DNA of 64,000 nucleotides from Alistipes finegoldii (GTDB lineage Bacteria; Bacillota; Clostridia; Christensenellales; UBA1242), in the NCBI GenBank assembly GCA_963614045.1, contig CAVEBU010000002.1, positions 676-64,675 of the forward strand, in the 5' to 3' direction. The notes below the pieces were generated by a model, which saw nothing but the letters and a program-made list of their open reading frames with translations, ran no database searches and was not told where the DNA came from. This document shows positions 1 through 8,723 of the stretch, piece after piece. Position 1 is the first letter of the stretch. Each line of letters starts with the position of its first letter. Position numbers and translations under genes: made by a program.

Positions 1-1
1 T

Positions 2-136
2 GTAGTACCGCGTAATTTGTCCGCTGAAAAGTCACACGATGTGCAGGTGATTTTCGCCACGATGTTGTGTGGGGTCAGCGACCTTTACAGCGAGTACAGT
101 GATTATATTAATTTGGAGGTTAAAGATGTTTATTAA
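2..136 (+). CDS. 3' end of a Prp-like ribosomal-processing cysteine protease gene (truncated by window edge)
   Basis: Frame is open from the window edge to TAA 134-136 (...[32 protein letters not shown]) and overlaps the rpmA ATG by 11 nt. The call rests on the conserved rplU-prp-rpmA order and on the L27 N-extension; the catalytic motifs would lie outside the window. Confidence 0.4.
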   Translation, partial: VVPRNLSAEKSHDVQVIFATMLCGVSDLYSEYSDYINLEVKDVY

Positions 137-401
137 TATTCAGCTGTTTGCCCACAAGAAAGGACAGGGTAGTAGTAAAAACGGTCGTGATAGTGAAGCA
201 AAGCGTTTGGGAATCAAGCGTAGCGACGGCACGAGTGTTCTTGCTGGCGAAATTTTGGTTCGTCAACGTGGCACGCAATTTTACCCTGGCGTAAATGTTG
301 GTTGCGGTAGAGATTACACATTGTTTGCAAAAGTTGCAGGCAAGGTTAAGTTTGACCGCACGAAAGAGAACAAGAAACGTGTTTCTGTAATCGCAGAATA
401 G
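126..401 (+). CDS. rpmA: 50S ribosomal protein L27
   Basis: ATG 126 is preceded by GGAGG (115-119). [31 protein letters not shown]... is the L27 signature, with a short N-terminal extension of the kind removed by Prp in Firmicutes. Confidence 0.95.
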   Translation: MFINIQLFAHKKGQGSSKNGRDSEAKRLGIKRSDGTSVLAGEILVRQRGTQFYPGVNVGCGRDYTLFAKVAGKVKFDRTKENKKRVSVIAE

Positions 402-596
402 TTAGTTGTTCAGTTTTAGATTAGTATTTACGGCAAGCAAATTAGTTTTATATCAACAAAAGTCGTTTTGTAGTGGCAAAATGGCTTTTTTATTTTTATA
501 AAATTTGTGGCGTGCGTTAAATTCGTTCTGTGCGGGTTTTGTGGAAATCGAAAGTTTGCGAAACGTTAATTTTGTTCAAAAATTGCATGTATTTAA

Positions 597-625
597 TTGA
601 CTAAATGTGTAATTTTTGGTAATAT
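597..625 (+). promoter_or_regulatory. sigma-A type promoter for the 664 gene
   Basis: TTGACT (597-602), 17-nt spacer, TAATAT (620-625) with an upstream TG. Confidence 0.5.
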
Positions 626-663
626 TTAACTACAAAAATTGGAGGAAAAAACAAATAGGATAA

Positions 664-1419
664 ATGAAATACGGAAAATATGCGGAACAAATTCAATTTA
701 TGATAAATTCGGCGCTTTTGGGGTATCGAATTGTTAAGAGCAACCGCCACTTGCGTGTTATGGACAAGGGGAAATTCGACGTCGTGACGAATCTTGACCT
801 TGAAATCGAGGCGATGATTCTCAAAAAACTGCAAAAGGAATTCCCTGACGTCCCGATTGTGAGCGAGGAATTCAACAGTAGCGAAGATTTTCCGCCAAAA
901 TGCTTTGTGATTGACCCAATCGACGGCACGAAAAATTTTTATCATAGTTTGCCGTTCTGGGGGATTCAAATGGCGTATGTGGAAAACGGAAGCCCAGTCG
1001 CAAGCGTTATGTACTGCCCCGAACTCAATATTGATGTCGTTGCGGGCGATGATATCGGGGTTTTTGTGAACGATAAGCGAGTTACTTACGAGCGAAAGAA
1101 CCTCGAGCACAGTCTAATTATGGTGGACGGGCCGAAAGCACACCGCTGGCACATTATCCCCGAACTTGACGAGTTTGTGCAAGGAATTCGCATAATCGGG
1201 TCGACTTGTGTGGGCTTTAGCCTTGCGGTGAGCGGTAAAACTGAGGGCTACATTTATATGTGCCGTCACCCTTGGGATTTGCTTCCTGGTCTTTGCGCTT
1301 GCAAAAATTCTGGGCTGTATGTTTACGACCATAATGAACAGATGTGCTTGGTTGCGAACTCCCCCGAATTGCTCGAACTGATGAAAAAAACCGTCTTGAA
1401 TCGGCTTGCAAAGGCCTAA
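664..1419 (+). CDS. inositol monophosphatase family protein
   Basis: Metal-binding motif VIDPIDGTKNF and a C-terminal PWDLLPG (variant of WDxxAG); GGAGG-type RBS upstream. Confidence 0.85.
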   Translation: MKYGKYAEQIQFMINSALLGYRIVKSNRHLRVMDKGKFDVVTNLDLEIEAMILKKLQKEFPDVPIVSEEFNSSEDFPPKCFVIDPIDGTKNFYHSLPFWGIQMAYVENGSPVASVMYCPELNIDVVAGDDIGVFVNDKRVTYERKNLEHSLIMVDGPKAHRWHIIPELDEFVQGIRIIGSTCVGFSLAVSGKTEGYIYMCRHPWDLLPGLCACKNSGLYVYDHNEQMCLVANSPELLELMKKTVLNRLAKA

Positions 1420-1509
1420 AAAGTCCACTCTCCTGACAGTAGAGTGCGAATTTTTGACTTTTTTGCATAAAATATTTGCTTTATTTGGGGATTTTGGTAT
1501 AATAGTAGT

Positions 1510-2358
1510 ATGAATTATGTAGTAGAGCAAGATTGTATTCGCATAGAAGACGCTGACACGTACGAGCCGAAGAGCATTCTCACAAGCGGGCAGTTGTTTC
1601 GTTTTGGCGAGAAGAATTCGGGTAATTGGTGGGTCGCTTCGGGCGAAAATTATGCGGAAATTGAGAAGACTGGCGATGCCTCATATGTAATTCACACGAC
1701 GAACCCTGCGTATTTTGTGGAATTTTTCGACCTGAATACCGATTACGGCGGAATTGTTGAGCGACTTGGGAATTTCGCCCAAATTAAACCCGCTGTCGAA
1801 TTCGGGCGAGGTGTTAGGCTTATGCGTCAGCCACTTTGCGAGGTGATTATCGGCTTTATAATTTCGGCGAACAACAATATCCCGCGAATTCGCAAGTCCA
1901 TCGAGGCGATTTGCGAGAATTTCGGGACAAAATGCGATTGGGGTTATGCGTTCCCTACGCTTGAGCAGTTGCAAAAGGTGGGGGAATGCGATTTTGCGAA
2001 ATTCGGTTGCGGGTATCGTTCGGCGTATTTGGTTGACACGATTCGCACGCTTGCAAATTCGCAAATTTTAGACGAACTTGCTTCGGCGGGCGACACAACT
2101 TCGGCTCGAAAATGCTTGCTGTCGCTGAAAGGCGTCGGGCAGAAAGTTGCCGATTGCATTTTGCTGTTCGGCTTGGGGCGGTACGATGTTTTTCCTGTTG
2201 ATACTTGGATTGATAAGGTTTATCGGGAAGATTTTGGCGGGAATTTAACGAACCGCAAGCAAATTTCGGACTGGTTTGTGCAGAAATTCGGCGCAGACAG
2301 TGGTTATTGCCAGCAGTACTTGTTTTATTACAAGCGTAAAAACATTGAGTTAAAATAA
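1510..2358 (+). CDS. 8-oxoguanine DNA glycosylase / HhH-GPD base-excision repair enzyme
   Basis: LKGVGQKVADCILLFGLG...FPVDTW is the HhH-GPD signature with catalytic Lys and Asp of OGG1-type enzymes. Confidence 0.8.
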   Translation: MNYVVEQDCIRIEDADTYEPKSILTSGQLFRFGEKNSGNWWVASGENYAEIEKTGDASYVIHTTNPAYFVEFFDLNTDYGGIVERLGNFAQIKPAVEFGRGVRLMRQPLCEVIIGFIISANNNIPRIRKSIEAICENFGTKCDWGYAFPTLEQLQKVGECDFAKFGCGYRSAYLVDTIRTLANSQILDELASAGDTTSARKCLLSLKGVGQKVADCILLFGLGRYDVFPVDTWIDKVYREDFGGNLTNRKQISDWFVQKFGADSGYCQQYLFYYKRKNIELK

Positions 2359-2374
2359 TTGGAGGAAAAAATAT

Positions 2375-3025
2375 ATGCAAATTGCTTTGTTTATCGATAT
2401 TGACAACGCAAAAGTGAGCTTGCCTGTTTTTAAGGACATTTTGGAGCAGGTGAAAAAATTTGGGAAACTGTCTTACTGCAAGGTTTACGGTTTTAACGAG
2501 CGTAAACACATTAAATTTGACGAAATTATTGAGAGGTACGGCTTCGATTCCGTACCGACAATGCGTTACAAAAAGCGTGCAAAATCGCAACTCGACACAC
2601 GAATTATTATCGATGCGGTGGATGTTTTCCACACCCGCCCATTTATTAACGGGTTCTGTTTTGTGACGGGCGAGGGCGACCTTGTGCCTTTGTTGTCGTT
2701 CTTGCGTGCGGGCGGAAAAACTTTGTTGACTGTTGAAACTGAGGGGGCGGACGGAAATGAGCATATGTTTGACCAAAAATTGCAGTTAGACATCCAGTAC
2801 AACCGCCCAAGCAAGATTTCTAAGGACGAGTTGAGCGAAAAATTGCGTAATATTAGCGCTCGTAGTTCGGCGATTAATAGCGACGACGAGGACGAGGCGG
2901 AGGCGCAACGGCAAGATTTGGTTGGCGAGATTGAGGAGTTGCTTGCGACCAAAGGCGAGGATCTCGACGAGGAGGAGGCTGACCTTTACTCTAGTCTTGA
3001 GGACCTTTTGATGATATTGAAATAG
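2375..3025 (+). CDS. NYN/LabA-like (DUF88) domain protein with acidic C-terminal tail
   Basis: IALFIDIDN... and VTGEGDLVPLLSFLRAGGK patterns are typical of NYN domains; the C-terminus is D/E-rich. Confidence 0.6.
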   Translation: MQIALFIDIDNAKVSLPVFKDILEQVKKFGKLSYCKVYGFNERKHIKFDEIIERYGFDSVPTMRYKKRAKSQLDTRIIIDAVDVFHTRPFINGFCFVTGEGDLVPLLSFLRAGGKTLLTVETEGADGNEHMFDQKLQLDIQYNRPSKISKDELSEKLRNISARSSAINSDDEDEAEAQRQDLVGEIEELLATKGEDLDEEEADLYSSLEDLLMILK

Positions 3026-3197
3026 GATTTGCCCTTTGGGGCTTTTTCTTTTTTCGGAAATTCCGTTTTGTTTTGCGGAGGTTTACCAAATTTCAACTTT
3101 ATCATATTATAATATTGGGCAAAAAATTGTCTTTTTTGCTGTTTTTTGAGTAAAAAAGTGCATTTTTTTGCGAATTTTACAAAGTTGAGGTAAAAAT

Positions 3198-4451
3198 TTG
3201 AGCAAATACATAATTACTGGCGGGTACAAATTGGACGGGAAAATCGCTGTTGATTGTGCGAAAAATTCGTATCTTCCTATTATGGCGGGCAGTTTGATGT
3301 GTTCGGGCGAGGTCGTTTTGCGGAACTGCCCGAAGTTCGTGGATGTTGAGAATATGGCAAAAATTCTGCAAATTCTTGGCGTAAAAGTGCGATTCGAGGG
3401 GGACGCAATGATTTTGGATAGTTCGGGAGCGACGGCGAAATTCGTGCCTGTCGAGGTTGCGAAAATGCTCCGCTCGTCGATTTTTATGCTTGGGCCACTG
3501 CTGGCGAGATTTCGGACGGCTCGAGTTGCCTACCCTGGCGGTTGCGATATTGGGTTGCGCCCGATAGATTTGCATTTGCGGGGGCTAAGAGATTTGGGGG
3601 CGAAAATTCAAGAACTGCACGGCGTCATCAATTGCGACGGCAGTAAAATGGCGGGCGGAAAAGTTGTGCTTGATTTTGCGAGCGTTGGAGCGACGGAAAA
3701 TTTGATTATGGCATCCGTTTTGGGACATGGGCGGACGGAAATTCTCAATAGCGCTAGAGAACCTGAAATTGTGGATTTGGCGAATTTTTTGAATAAATGC
3801 GGGGCGAAAATCTACGGCGCTGGCACAAATTGTATTGAAATTGAGGCGGTGCAACGCTTGAGTGGTTGCGAATATACTCCGATTGGCGACCGCATAATTG
3901 CGGGTACATATTTGGTTGCGACGGCGATTACGGGGGGTAAAATTGAGATTTCGGGGGTAAATCCTCAAATTTTTGCCAATTTAATTGACAAATTGCATAA
4001 TTCTGGTTGCGTTTTTGGTATAAAAAGTGGTAAAATTTATATGCGGAGTCCTAAGGTTTTGAAAAGCGTGGGTTTCGTTGAAACGGAAGTTTATCCTGGC
4101 TTCCCGACTGATTTGCAAGCGCAAATGCTTTCGCTTATGGCTGTCGCTCGTGGTTGCTCGATTATTCAAGAGAATCTGTTTGAGGCGAGGTTTAAATCTG
4201 TCCCCGAACTGATTAAAATGGGGGCGAGCATTCGTGTCAAAGAGAGGTCGGCAATTGTTGAGGGTGTGCCGTTTTTGAGCGGGGCGGAAGTTTTTGCGAA
4301 AGATTTGCGGGGCGGGGCGAGTTTGGTTCTTGCAGGGCTAAACGCTCATGGGTACACGACTGTGAACGATATTTTTCACATCGAGCGAGGGTATTGCGAT
4401 TTGGATAAGGCGCTCAATAGCTTGGGGGCGTGCATTAAAAGAGAGGATTAG
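3198..4451 (+). CDS. murA: UDP-N-acetylglucosamine 1-carboxyvinyltransferase
   Basis: 417 aa with a TTG start. The catalytic-Cys loop YPGGCDIGLRPIDLHL is present, and similarity to MurA runs the full length. Confidence 0.93.
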   Translation: MSKYIITGGYKLDGKIAVDCAKNSYLPIMAGSLMCSGEVVLRNCPKFVDVENMAKILQILGVKVRFEGDAMILDSSGATAKFVPVEVAKMLRSSIFMLGPLLARFRTARVAYPGGCDIGLRPIDLHLRGLRDLGAKIQELHGVINCDGSKMAGGKVVLDFASVGATENLIMASVLGHGRTEILNSAREPEIVDLANFLNKCGAKIYGAGTNCIEIEAVQRLSGCEYTPIGDRIIAGTYLVATAITGGKIEISGVNPQIFANLIDKLHNSGCVFGIKSGKIYMRSPKVLKSVGFVETEVYPGFPTDLQAQMLSLMAVARGCSIIQENLFEARFKSVPELIKMGASIRVKERSAIVEGVPFLSGAEVFAKDLRGGASLVLAGLNAHGYTTVNDIFHIERGYCDLDKALNSLGACIKRED

Positions 4452-4464
4452 GAGGTGAAACTGC

Positions 4465-5241
4465 TTGTCAAAAAATGGTAAAATAGCGATAATTGTGTCG
4501 GTTTTGGCGTTTGTTGCGGTCGTTGTGGTGCTTGCAAGTGCGGTTTTTTGTGTGAAAAAAGTCGAAATTGTGTGGTACAAAACACCGACTACCACCACCG
4601 CCTCGATTACGCAGGAGCAATTTCTGGAAAAAAGCGGGGTTGCGAACAGCAGTGTATTTCTTCTCGATAGGGAAAAGGCGGTCAAAAATATTGAAAGCAC
4701 TTATCCCGACGTTCGTGTGATTAGTCTTGAAGTGCTTTGGCCAAATGTGATGAAAATTCATGCCGTCGAGCGTGAAGAAGTCTATGCTTTGCCGATTAAA
4801 AACGGGAAATTTGCGCTAGTTGACGAATATTTTAAGGTTTTGGACGTCGTTGACACGTTTACAAGTACAAAAACTAACGCAATTTTGATAAACACCACCG
4901 CCACGAGCGAGCTTGAAGTGAAGCGTGCGGACGAAATTAGTATGTTCGGGCAATCGGTTTGGAGTAATATTTATAACGCTTTTCTTGAGTTAGAACGCAA
5001 TATTATCGATTTTCGCGCGATTATTTCCAACGCAACCTTAAGCGAATCGACTTTGACAATCAACACGCATATGGGGGTTACGATAAAACTCGATAAGCCG
5101 TTTGCGAATACCCGCCCAAAGATGAGGCTGGCGCTGAAAGTTTTTGACCTAATGACGACGGAAGATTACGCAAACAAAGTGATTGAAGTTTTTGTAAATG
5201 ACAATAACGAGTTGGAATCAAGAATTTATAATAATAATTAA
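4465..5241 (+). CDS. FtsQ/DivIB-like cell-division protein (single TM + POTRA)
   Basis: TTG start 9 nt after AGGAGG. It has an N-terminal TM helix followed by a POTRA-like segment (VKKVEIVW...VISLEVLWPNVMKIHAVEREEVYAL). It sits directly after murA. Confidence 0.6.
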   Translation: MSKNGKIAIIVSVLAFVAVVVVLASAVFCVKKVEIVWYKTPTTTTASITQEQFLEKSGVANSSVFLLDREKAVKNIESTYPDVRVISLEVLWPNVMKIHAVEREEVYALPIKNGKFALVDEYFKVLDVVDTFTSTKTNAILINTTATSELEVKRADEISMFGQSVWSNIYNAFLELERNIIDFRAIISNATLSESTLTINTHMGVTIKLDKPFANTRPKMRLALKVFDLMTTEDYANKVIEVFVNDNNELESRIYNNN

Positions 5242-5428
5242 AAAATGCAGTCCTTTACCTAATTGGCAAAACGACTGCACTTTTTATTTTACGGCACCGA
5301 GTAAAGAGGGAGAGAAAAGAGAGATTTTTGCGTGGAGGATTGCTCCTCCATTTTCATAATATGTTTTAAATTTAGATTGTGTTCGTTATTTTAGTATTTA
5401 TTTTATTTTTCAGTATTTTTTTGTGATT

Positions 5429-6484
5429 TTATTTAAGCGGAATATTTCTAAAATTTGTTAAAATTTCGTAAGGAATTGTGTGACATCCGCTTGCGAGGAT
5501 ATTTGCGTTTAATGTAGGTAAGTCGCTCAAAATTGTAGCATAGTCGCCAATTTTTGCGGGTATCCCCCCAATTTCTGCAAAAGTTGCTTCCATACATATA
5601 TTACCGACGATTTTTGCGGGGCGGTTATTTATCAGCACGAAACCGTCTTTTCCCCACAGCCGTGGCAAGCCTTTTGCGTACCCGATTGCGAGGGTTGCGA
5701 TATGTGTTTTTTCTGTTGCAATATGTTCTAAACCGTAGCCGATATAGTCGCCTTTTTGAACCTCTTGAATCGCTATTATTTTTGCATAAACTTGCATTAC
5801 AGGTTTTAAATATTCATTACCGTATCCATATAGCGCAAGCCCGCAACGAACCATATTCATATGTTCGGCGGGGTGGGTTAGGGTGTTTTGCGTGTTGCAA
5901 AAATGCCTAGTTATTACGCTTGGGAGGTGGTCGCTTAAGTTGTGAAAAACGGCAATTTGATTTTCCGCACGCAAGTCCATAAAGCCGTCCCCCGAACCAA
6001 AATGCGAGTAAATTCCTGTGAGGCGAGCGTGGGGGAGTTTGCGTTGCGTGATGGCAAGGATTTCGTCTTTTTGTGACACGCCGAAACGATTCATTCCGCT
6101 GTTGATTTGAAGATGGAAATAAGCGATTTTGTTGAGTTTGCGGGCGGTCGAATTTAGCGTAAGTAGTTCGTCCAAACTTTGCACGCTAAATGTTGCGTTT
6201 AGGCGAATTGCGTCCGCTAGTTCGTGCTTACTTACGGGGCTTAAAATTAGGCAAGGTTTCGAGGGGTGGCGTGTTTTTAGGGCGATTGCCTCAAGGTTAT
6301 TTGCAACTGCAAAACAGTCGATTTTTTCGCTAATTAAATCGCTAATTTTGTTCGCATTGTGGCCGTAAGCGTCACTTTTTACGACGGCACAAAGTTTGCT
6401 TTTGTGAAGTTTTTTGCGTAAAAAATTAATGTTAAACAATAAATTTGCACGATTTATGGTCTTAAAACAGTCTTTTTTGGGCAT
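5429..6484 (-). CDS. alr: alanine racemase
   Basis: PLP-lysine motif AVVKSDAYGHNA (consensus AVVKANAYGHG); 351 aa; GGAGGG RBS. Confidence 0.9.
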   Translation of the reverse strand: MPKKDCFKTINRANLLFNINFLRKKLHKSKLCAVVKSDAYGHNANKISDLISEKIDCFAVANNLEAIALKTRHPSKPCLILSPVSKHELADAIRLNATFSVQSLDELLTLNSTARKLNKIAYFHLQINSGMNRFGVSQKDEILAITQRKLPHARLTGIYSHFGSGDGFMDLRAENQIAVFHNLSDHLPSVITRHFCNTQNTLTHPAEHMNMVRCGLALYGYGNEYLKPVMQVYAKIIAIQEVQKGDYIGYGLEHIATEKTHIATLAIGYAKGLPRLWGKDGFVLINNRPAKIVGNICMEATFAEIGGIPAKIGDYATILSDLPTLNANILASGCHTIPYEILTNFRNIPLK

Positions 6485-6520
6485 TTTCCCTCCGATTTGA
6501 TTTAATTTAATTAAAAAGTG

Positions 6521-6549
6521 TTGACTTATTTTACTCTCAATTGTATAAT
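6521..6549 (+). promoter_or_regulatory. sigma-A type promoter for pgi
   Basis: TTGACT (6521-6526), 17 nt, TATAAT (6544-6549). This shows that the ORF-track start at 6518 is not the real start. Confidence 0.55.
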
Positions 6550-6565
6550 TACAGTAGGAGATTTT

Positions 6566-7942
6566 ATGGCAAAATTAGTTTATGATTTTAGCAACTTATT
6601 AGGTGATAATTTGGGCAATAAAAAAGCACTCTCACGACAAGAGATATGCGAAAATTCGTATATTGCGAGCGAAATTTTGGCAAATGTTTTTGTGAATTCG
6701 ACCCCTGAACACAAGGCTGTTTTTGACATTTTAGACGAAGTTAATTTGGCTAAAATCAAGCAACTAGCTGGTGATGTTCGTAACGAATGCGAGGATTTTG
6801 TTGTGCTTGGAATTGGCGGTTCTTCGCTTGGAAGCTGTGCGATTTTTAATGCGCTAAAAAATATAGGATATAATTATCAGCCACGTGAAATTCGTGGAGC
6901 GCCTCGCTTCTTTGTTGAGGATAGTGTTGACCCTGAATCTGTTGCGGGATTGCTTGCGATGATTGATTTGGAAAAGACGATTTTTTGCGTTGTTAGTAAG
7001 AGCGGAAAAACTACGGAAACACTGACGCAGTTTCTGTATATGCGTGATTTGTGCGAGACGAAATTCGGCGAAAATTGGGTTAAACACTTCGTTATTTTGA
7101 CTGACGATAATGAGAATTTTTTGCATAATTATGCGAAAGCAAACGGCTTAAGAACGTTGTTAATTCCTACAAAATTGGGCGGAAGATATTCGGTTTTGAG
7201 TGCGGTGGGTATGTTTCCGTCTGCGGTATTGGGGCTTGATGTTGAGGCGATTATTTCGGGAGCAAAATCTATGCTTGAAATCGGGAAACGGCAAAATATT
7301 TGGGAAAACGCACCGCTTTTGAGTGCTTTATGCAACTTTTTCAACTACAAAAAGGGCAGTAATATCACCGTGATGATTCCGTATAGCGAATCTTTGAGCG
7401 TTTTTGATGACTGGTTTTGTCAACTTTGGGGCGAGAGTATCGGGCGAAATGTTACGGCTGACGGTCGGGCGTTGACGGGCGACGAAAGAATTGGGCAAAC
7501 ACCGATTCAGGTGACGGGGCCGAGCGTCCAGCATAGCCAATTTCAGTTGTATTTAGAGGGGCCTGACGACAAGACGTTTACTTTTGTGGGTATCAAGAAT
7601 TTCAAACAAGATTTAGCTCTGCCGTCGCAATTGGGTGAAGTTTTTGGCAAAAATATTTCGCCTGGTAGAACTTTTGGCGACTTGCTAAATGTGGAACGTG
7701 TTTCCGCCGAACGCTCGCTGAAGCTTTTCAAAAAACCGAGCGAGAGCATTATCGTGGAGCGACTTGATGAAGATTCTATGGGCAAATTGTTTATGTTTTT
7801 TATCCTCAAAATGCTTTTTACTGGCGCATTGCTAAATATTAACCCGTTCGGACAGCCCGCTGTGGAGAGTATCAAGAGCGAGGTTGCTAGGCTGATTGAC
7901 GAAAATTTGCTATTTGAGGGTGAAAATTGCATAGAAATTTAA
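6566..7942 (+). CDS. pgi: glucose-6-phosphate isomerase
   Basis: GIGGSSLG and VSKSGKTTET motifs; ATG 6566 is preceded by AGGAG. Confidence 0.9.
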   Translation: MAKLVYDFSNLLGDNLGNKKALSRQEICENSYIASEILANVFVNSTPEHKAVFDILDEVNLAKIKQLAGDVRNECEDFVVLGIGGSSLGSCAIFNALKNIGYNYQPREIRGAPRFFVEDSVDPESVAGLLAMIDLEKTIFCVVSKSGKTTETLTQFLYMRDLCETKFGENWVKHFVILTDDNENFLHNYAKANGLRTLLIPTKLGGRYSVLSAVGMFPSAVLGLDVEAIISGAKSMLEIGKRQNIWENAPLLSALCNFFNYKKGSNITVMIPYSESLSVFDDWFCQLWGESIGRNVTADGRALTGDERIGQTPIQVTGPSVQHSQFQLYLEGPDDKTFTFVGIKNFKQDLALPSQLGEVFGKNISPGRTFGDLLNVERVSAERSLKLFKKPSESIIVERLDEDSMGKLFMFFILKMLFTGALLNINPFGQPAVESIKSEVARLIDENLLFEGENCIEI

Positions 7943-7980
7943 AAATTTTTTGAATTTTTAGAGAAATTTGCAAAAAACCC

Positions 7981-8009
7981 TTGAAATATTGTAAAAAATG
8001 TGATATACT
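7981..8009 (+). promoter_or_regulatory. promoter of tRNA-Lys(CUU)
   Basis: TTGAAA (7981-7986), 17 nt, TATACT (8004-8009) with TGTGA upstream; the tRNA starts at 8019. Confidence 0.6.
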
Positions 8010-8018
8010 AATAAGGTA

Positions 8019-8094
8019 TATCCAACATGGACAATTAGCTCAGTTGGTAGAGCAACTGACTCTTAATCAGTGGGTCCAGAGTTCGAGTCTCTGA
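8019..8094 (+). tRNA. tRNA-Lys (anticodon CTT), CCA encoded
   Basis: Cloverleaf read by eye: acceptor GGACAAT/ATTGTCC, anticodon arm ACTGA-CTCTTAA-TCAGT, T arm CAGAG-TTCGAGT-CTCTG, 3' ACCA. Confidence 0.9.
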
Positions 8095-8138
8095 TTGTCC
8101 ACCAAGATAGGAAAAGATGCTGTAGTGGTGTCTTTTTT
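8081..8138. repeat. 58-bp direct repeat, copy 1 (last 14 nt of tRNA-Lys + 44 nt downstream)
   Basis: Identical to 8406-8463 at every position compared by eye. Confidence 0.9.
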
Positions 8139-8151
8139 TGTTACCACTGAT
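8134..8151. repeat. 18-nt inverted copy of the tRNA-Lys anticodon arm
   Basis: CCACTGATTAAGAGTCAG is the exact reverse complement of tRNA positions 8046-8063 (CTGACTCTTAATCAGTGG). Confidence 0.9.
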
Positions 8152-8271
8152 TAAGAGTCAGGAGTGGGGTACCCCGCAAAATTGAAGATTTTGTGGGGAG
8201 AGGAGGTACCAAGCGAGAATGAGCGTGCTTACTGTCCAAAAGGACTAAGCAAGCGAATTAGCGAAGTTTGT

Positions 8272-8419
8272 GTGCCGACGAAATCAGTGGGTCCAGAGTT
8301 CGCACCGTAACCGACTATTCGTCGCTTACTCTCACGGCCCGAACGCAAAACACATTTTTGCGTCCCGTTCGGGCTAAAAATTAGCCACTGGCTAATTTTC
8401 TTAACGCTTCACGCCCTGA
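8272..8419 (+). pseudogene. partial second copy of tRNA-Lys 3' half, interrupted in the T-loop by 113 nt
   Basis: 8272-8292 equals tRNA 8055-8075. Unrelated structured sequence follows at 8293-8405, and CTGATTGTCCACCA resumes at 8406. There is no 5' half. Confidence 0.75.
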
Positions 8420-8463
8420 TTGTCCACCAAGATAGGAAAAGATGCTGTAGTGGTGTCTTTTTT
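8406..8463. repeat. 58-bp direct repeat, copy 2
   Basis: Identical to 8081-8138. Confidence 0.9.
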
Positions 8464-8684
8464 TGTTACCACTAAATTTAAAAATTAAATTAAGTATATA
8501 ATGACTCGATTTTTGATTAAATAATTGTATAAATCAGCGAGCTGTTTGGGTAATTTGTAAAGTCGGTGGGGTGATTAGAATTTTTGCGGTAATTCTAATC
8601 ACATCAAAATTGAGTTCGATGGCGGGCATATTTTTGTTAAAATTCATAAAAAACTACTTAATTTCGTGTGATTTTAGTATAAAA

Positions 8685-8716
8685 AAGTAAAAAACGCAAT
8701 AAAAACACTGCGTTTT
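8685..8716 (-). terminator. intrinsic terminator after degV (8724)
   Basis: AAAACGCA / TGCGTTTT stem (8691-8698 / 8709-8716), with a T-rich run following on the minus strand. Confidence 0.5.
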
Positions 8717-8723
8717 TGTGGAT

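Noticed and set aside
1955-2776. 273-aa minus-strand ORF spanning the ogg and NYN genes
   Set aside because: It is antisense to two well-supported plus-strand genes, has no RBS or recognisable motifs, and its composition is typical of a shadow ORF.
6518-6565. N-terminal extension of pgi (MLTYFTLNCIITVGDF)
   Set aside because: The extension overlaps the TTGACT-17-TATAAT promoter, and the ATG at 6566 has an AGGAG RBS.
8139-8405. Possibility that the structured insert is SRP RNA, tmRNA, RNase P RNA, 6S RNA or a group I intron
   Set aside because: I could not find the hallmark strings: the GGAAGCAGCC-type SRP domain IV, the GAGGAAAGUCC of RNase P, or a tmRNA tag ORF with a 5' acceptor half. The upstream tRNA is intact, so it is not an intron of it. 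This needs cmscan to be sure.
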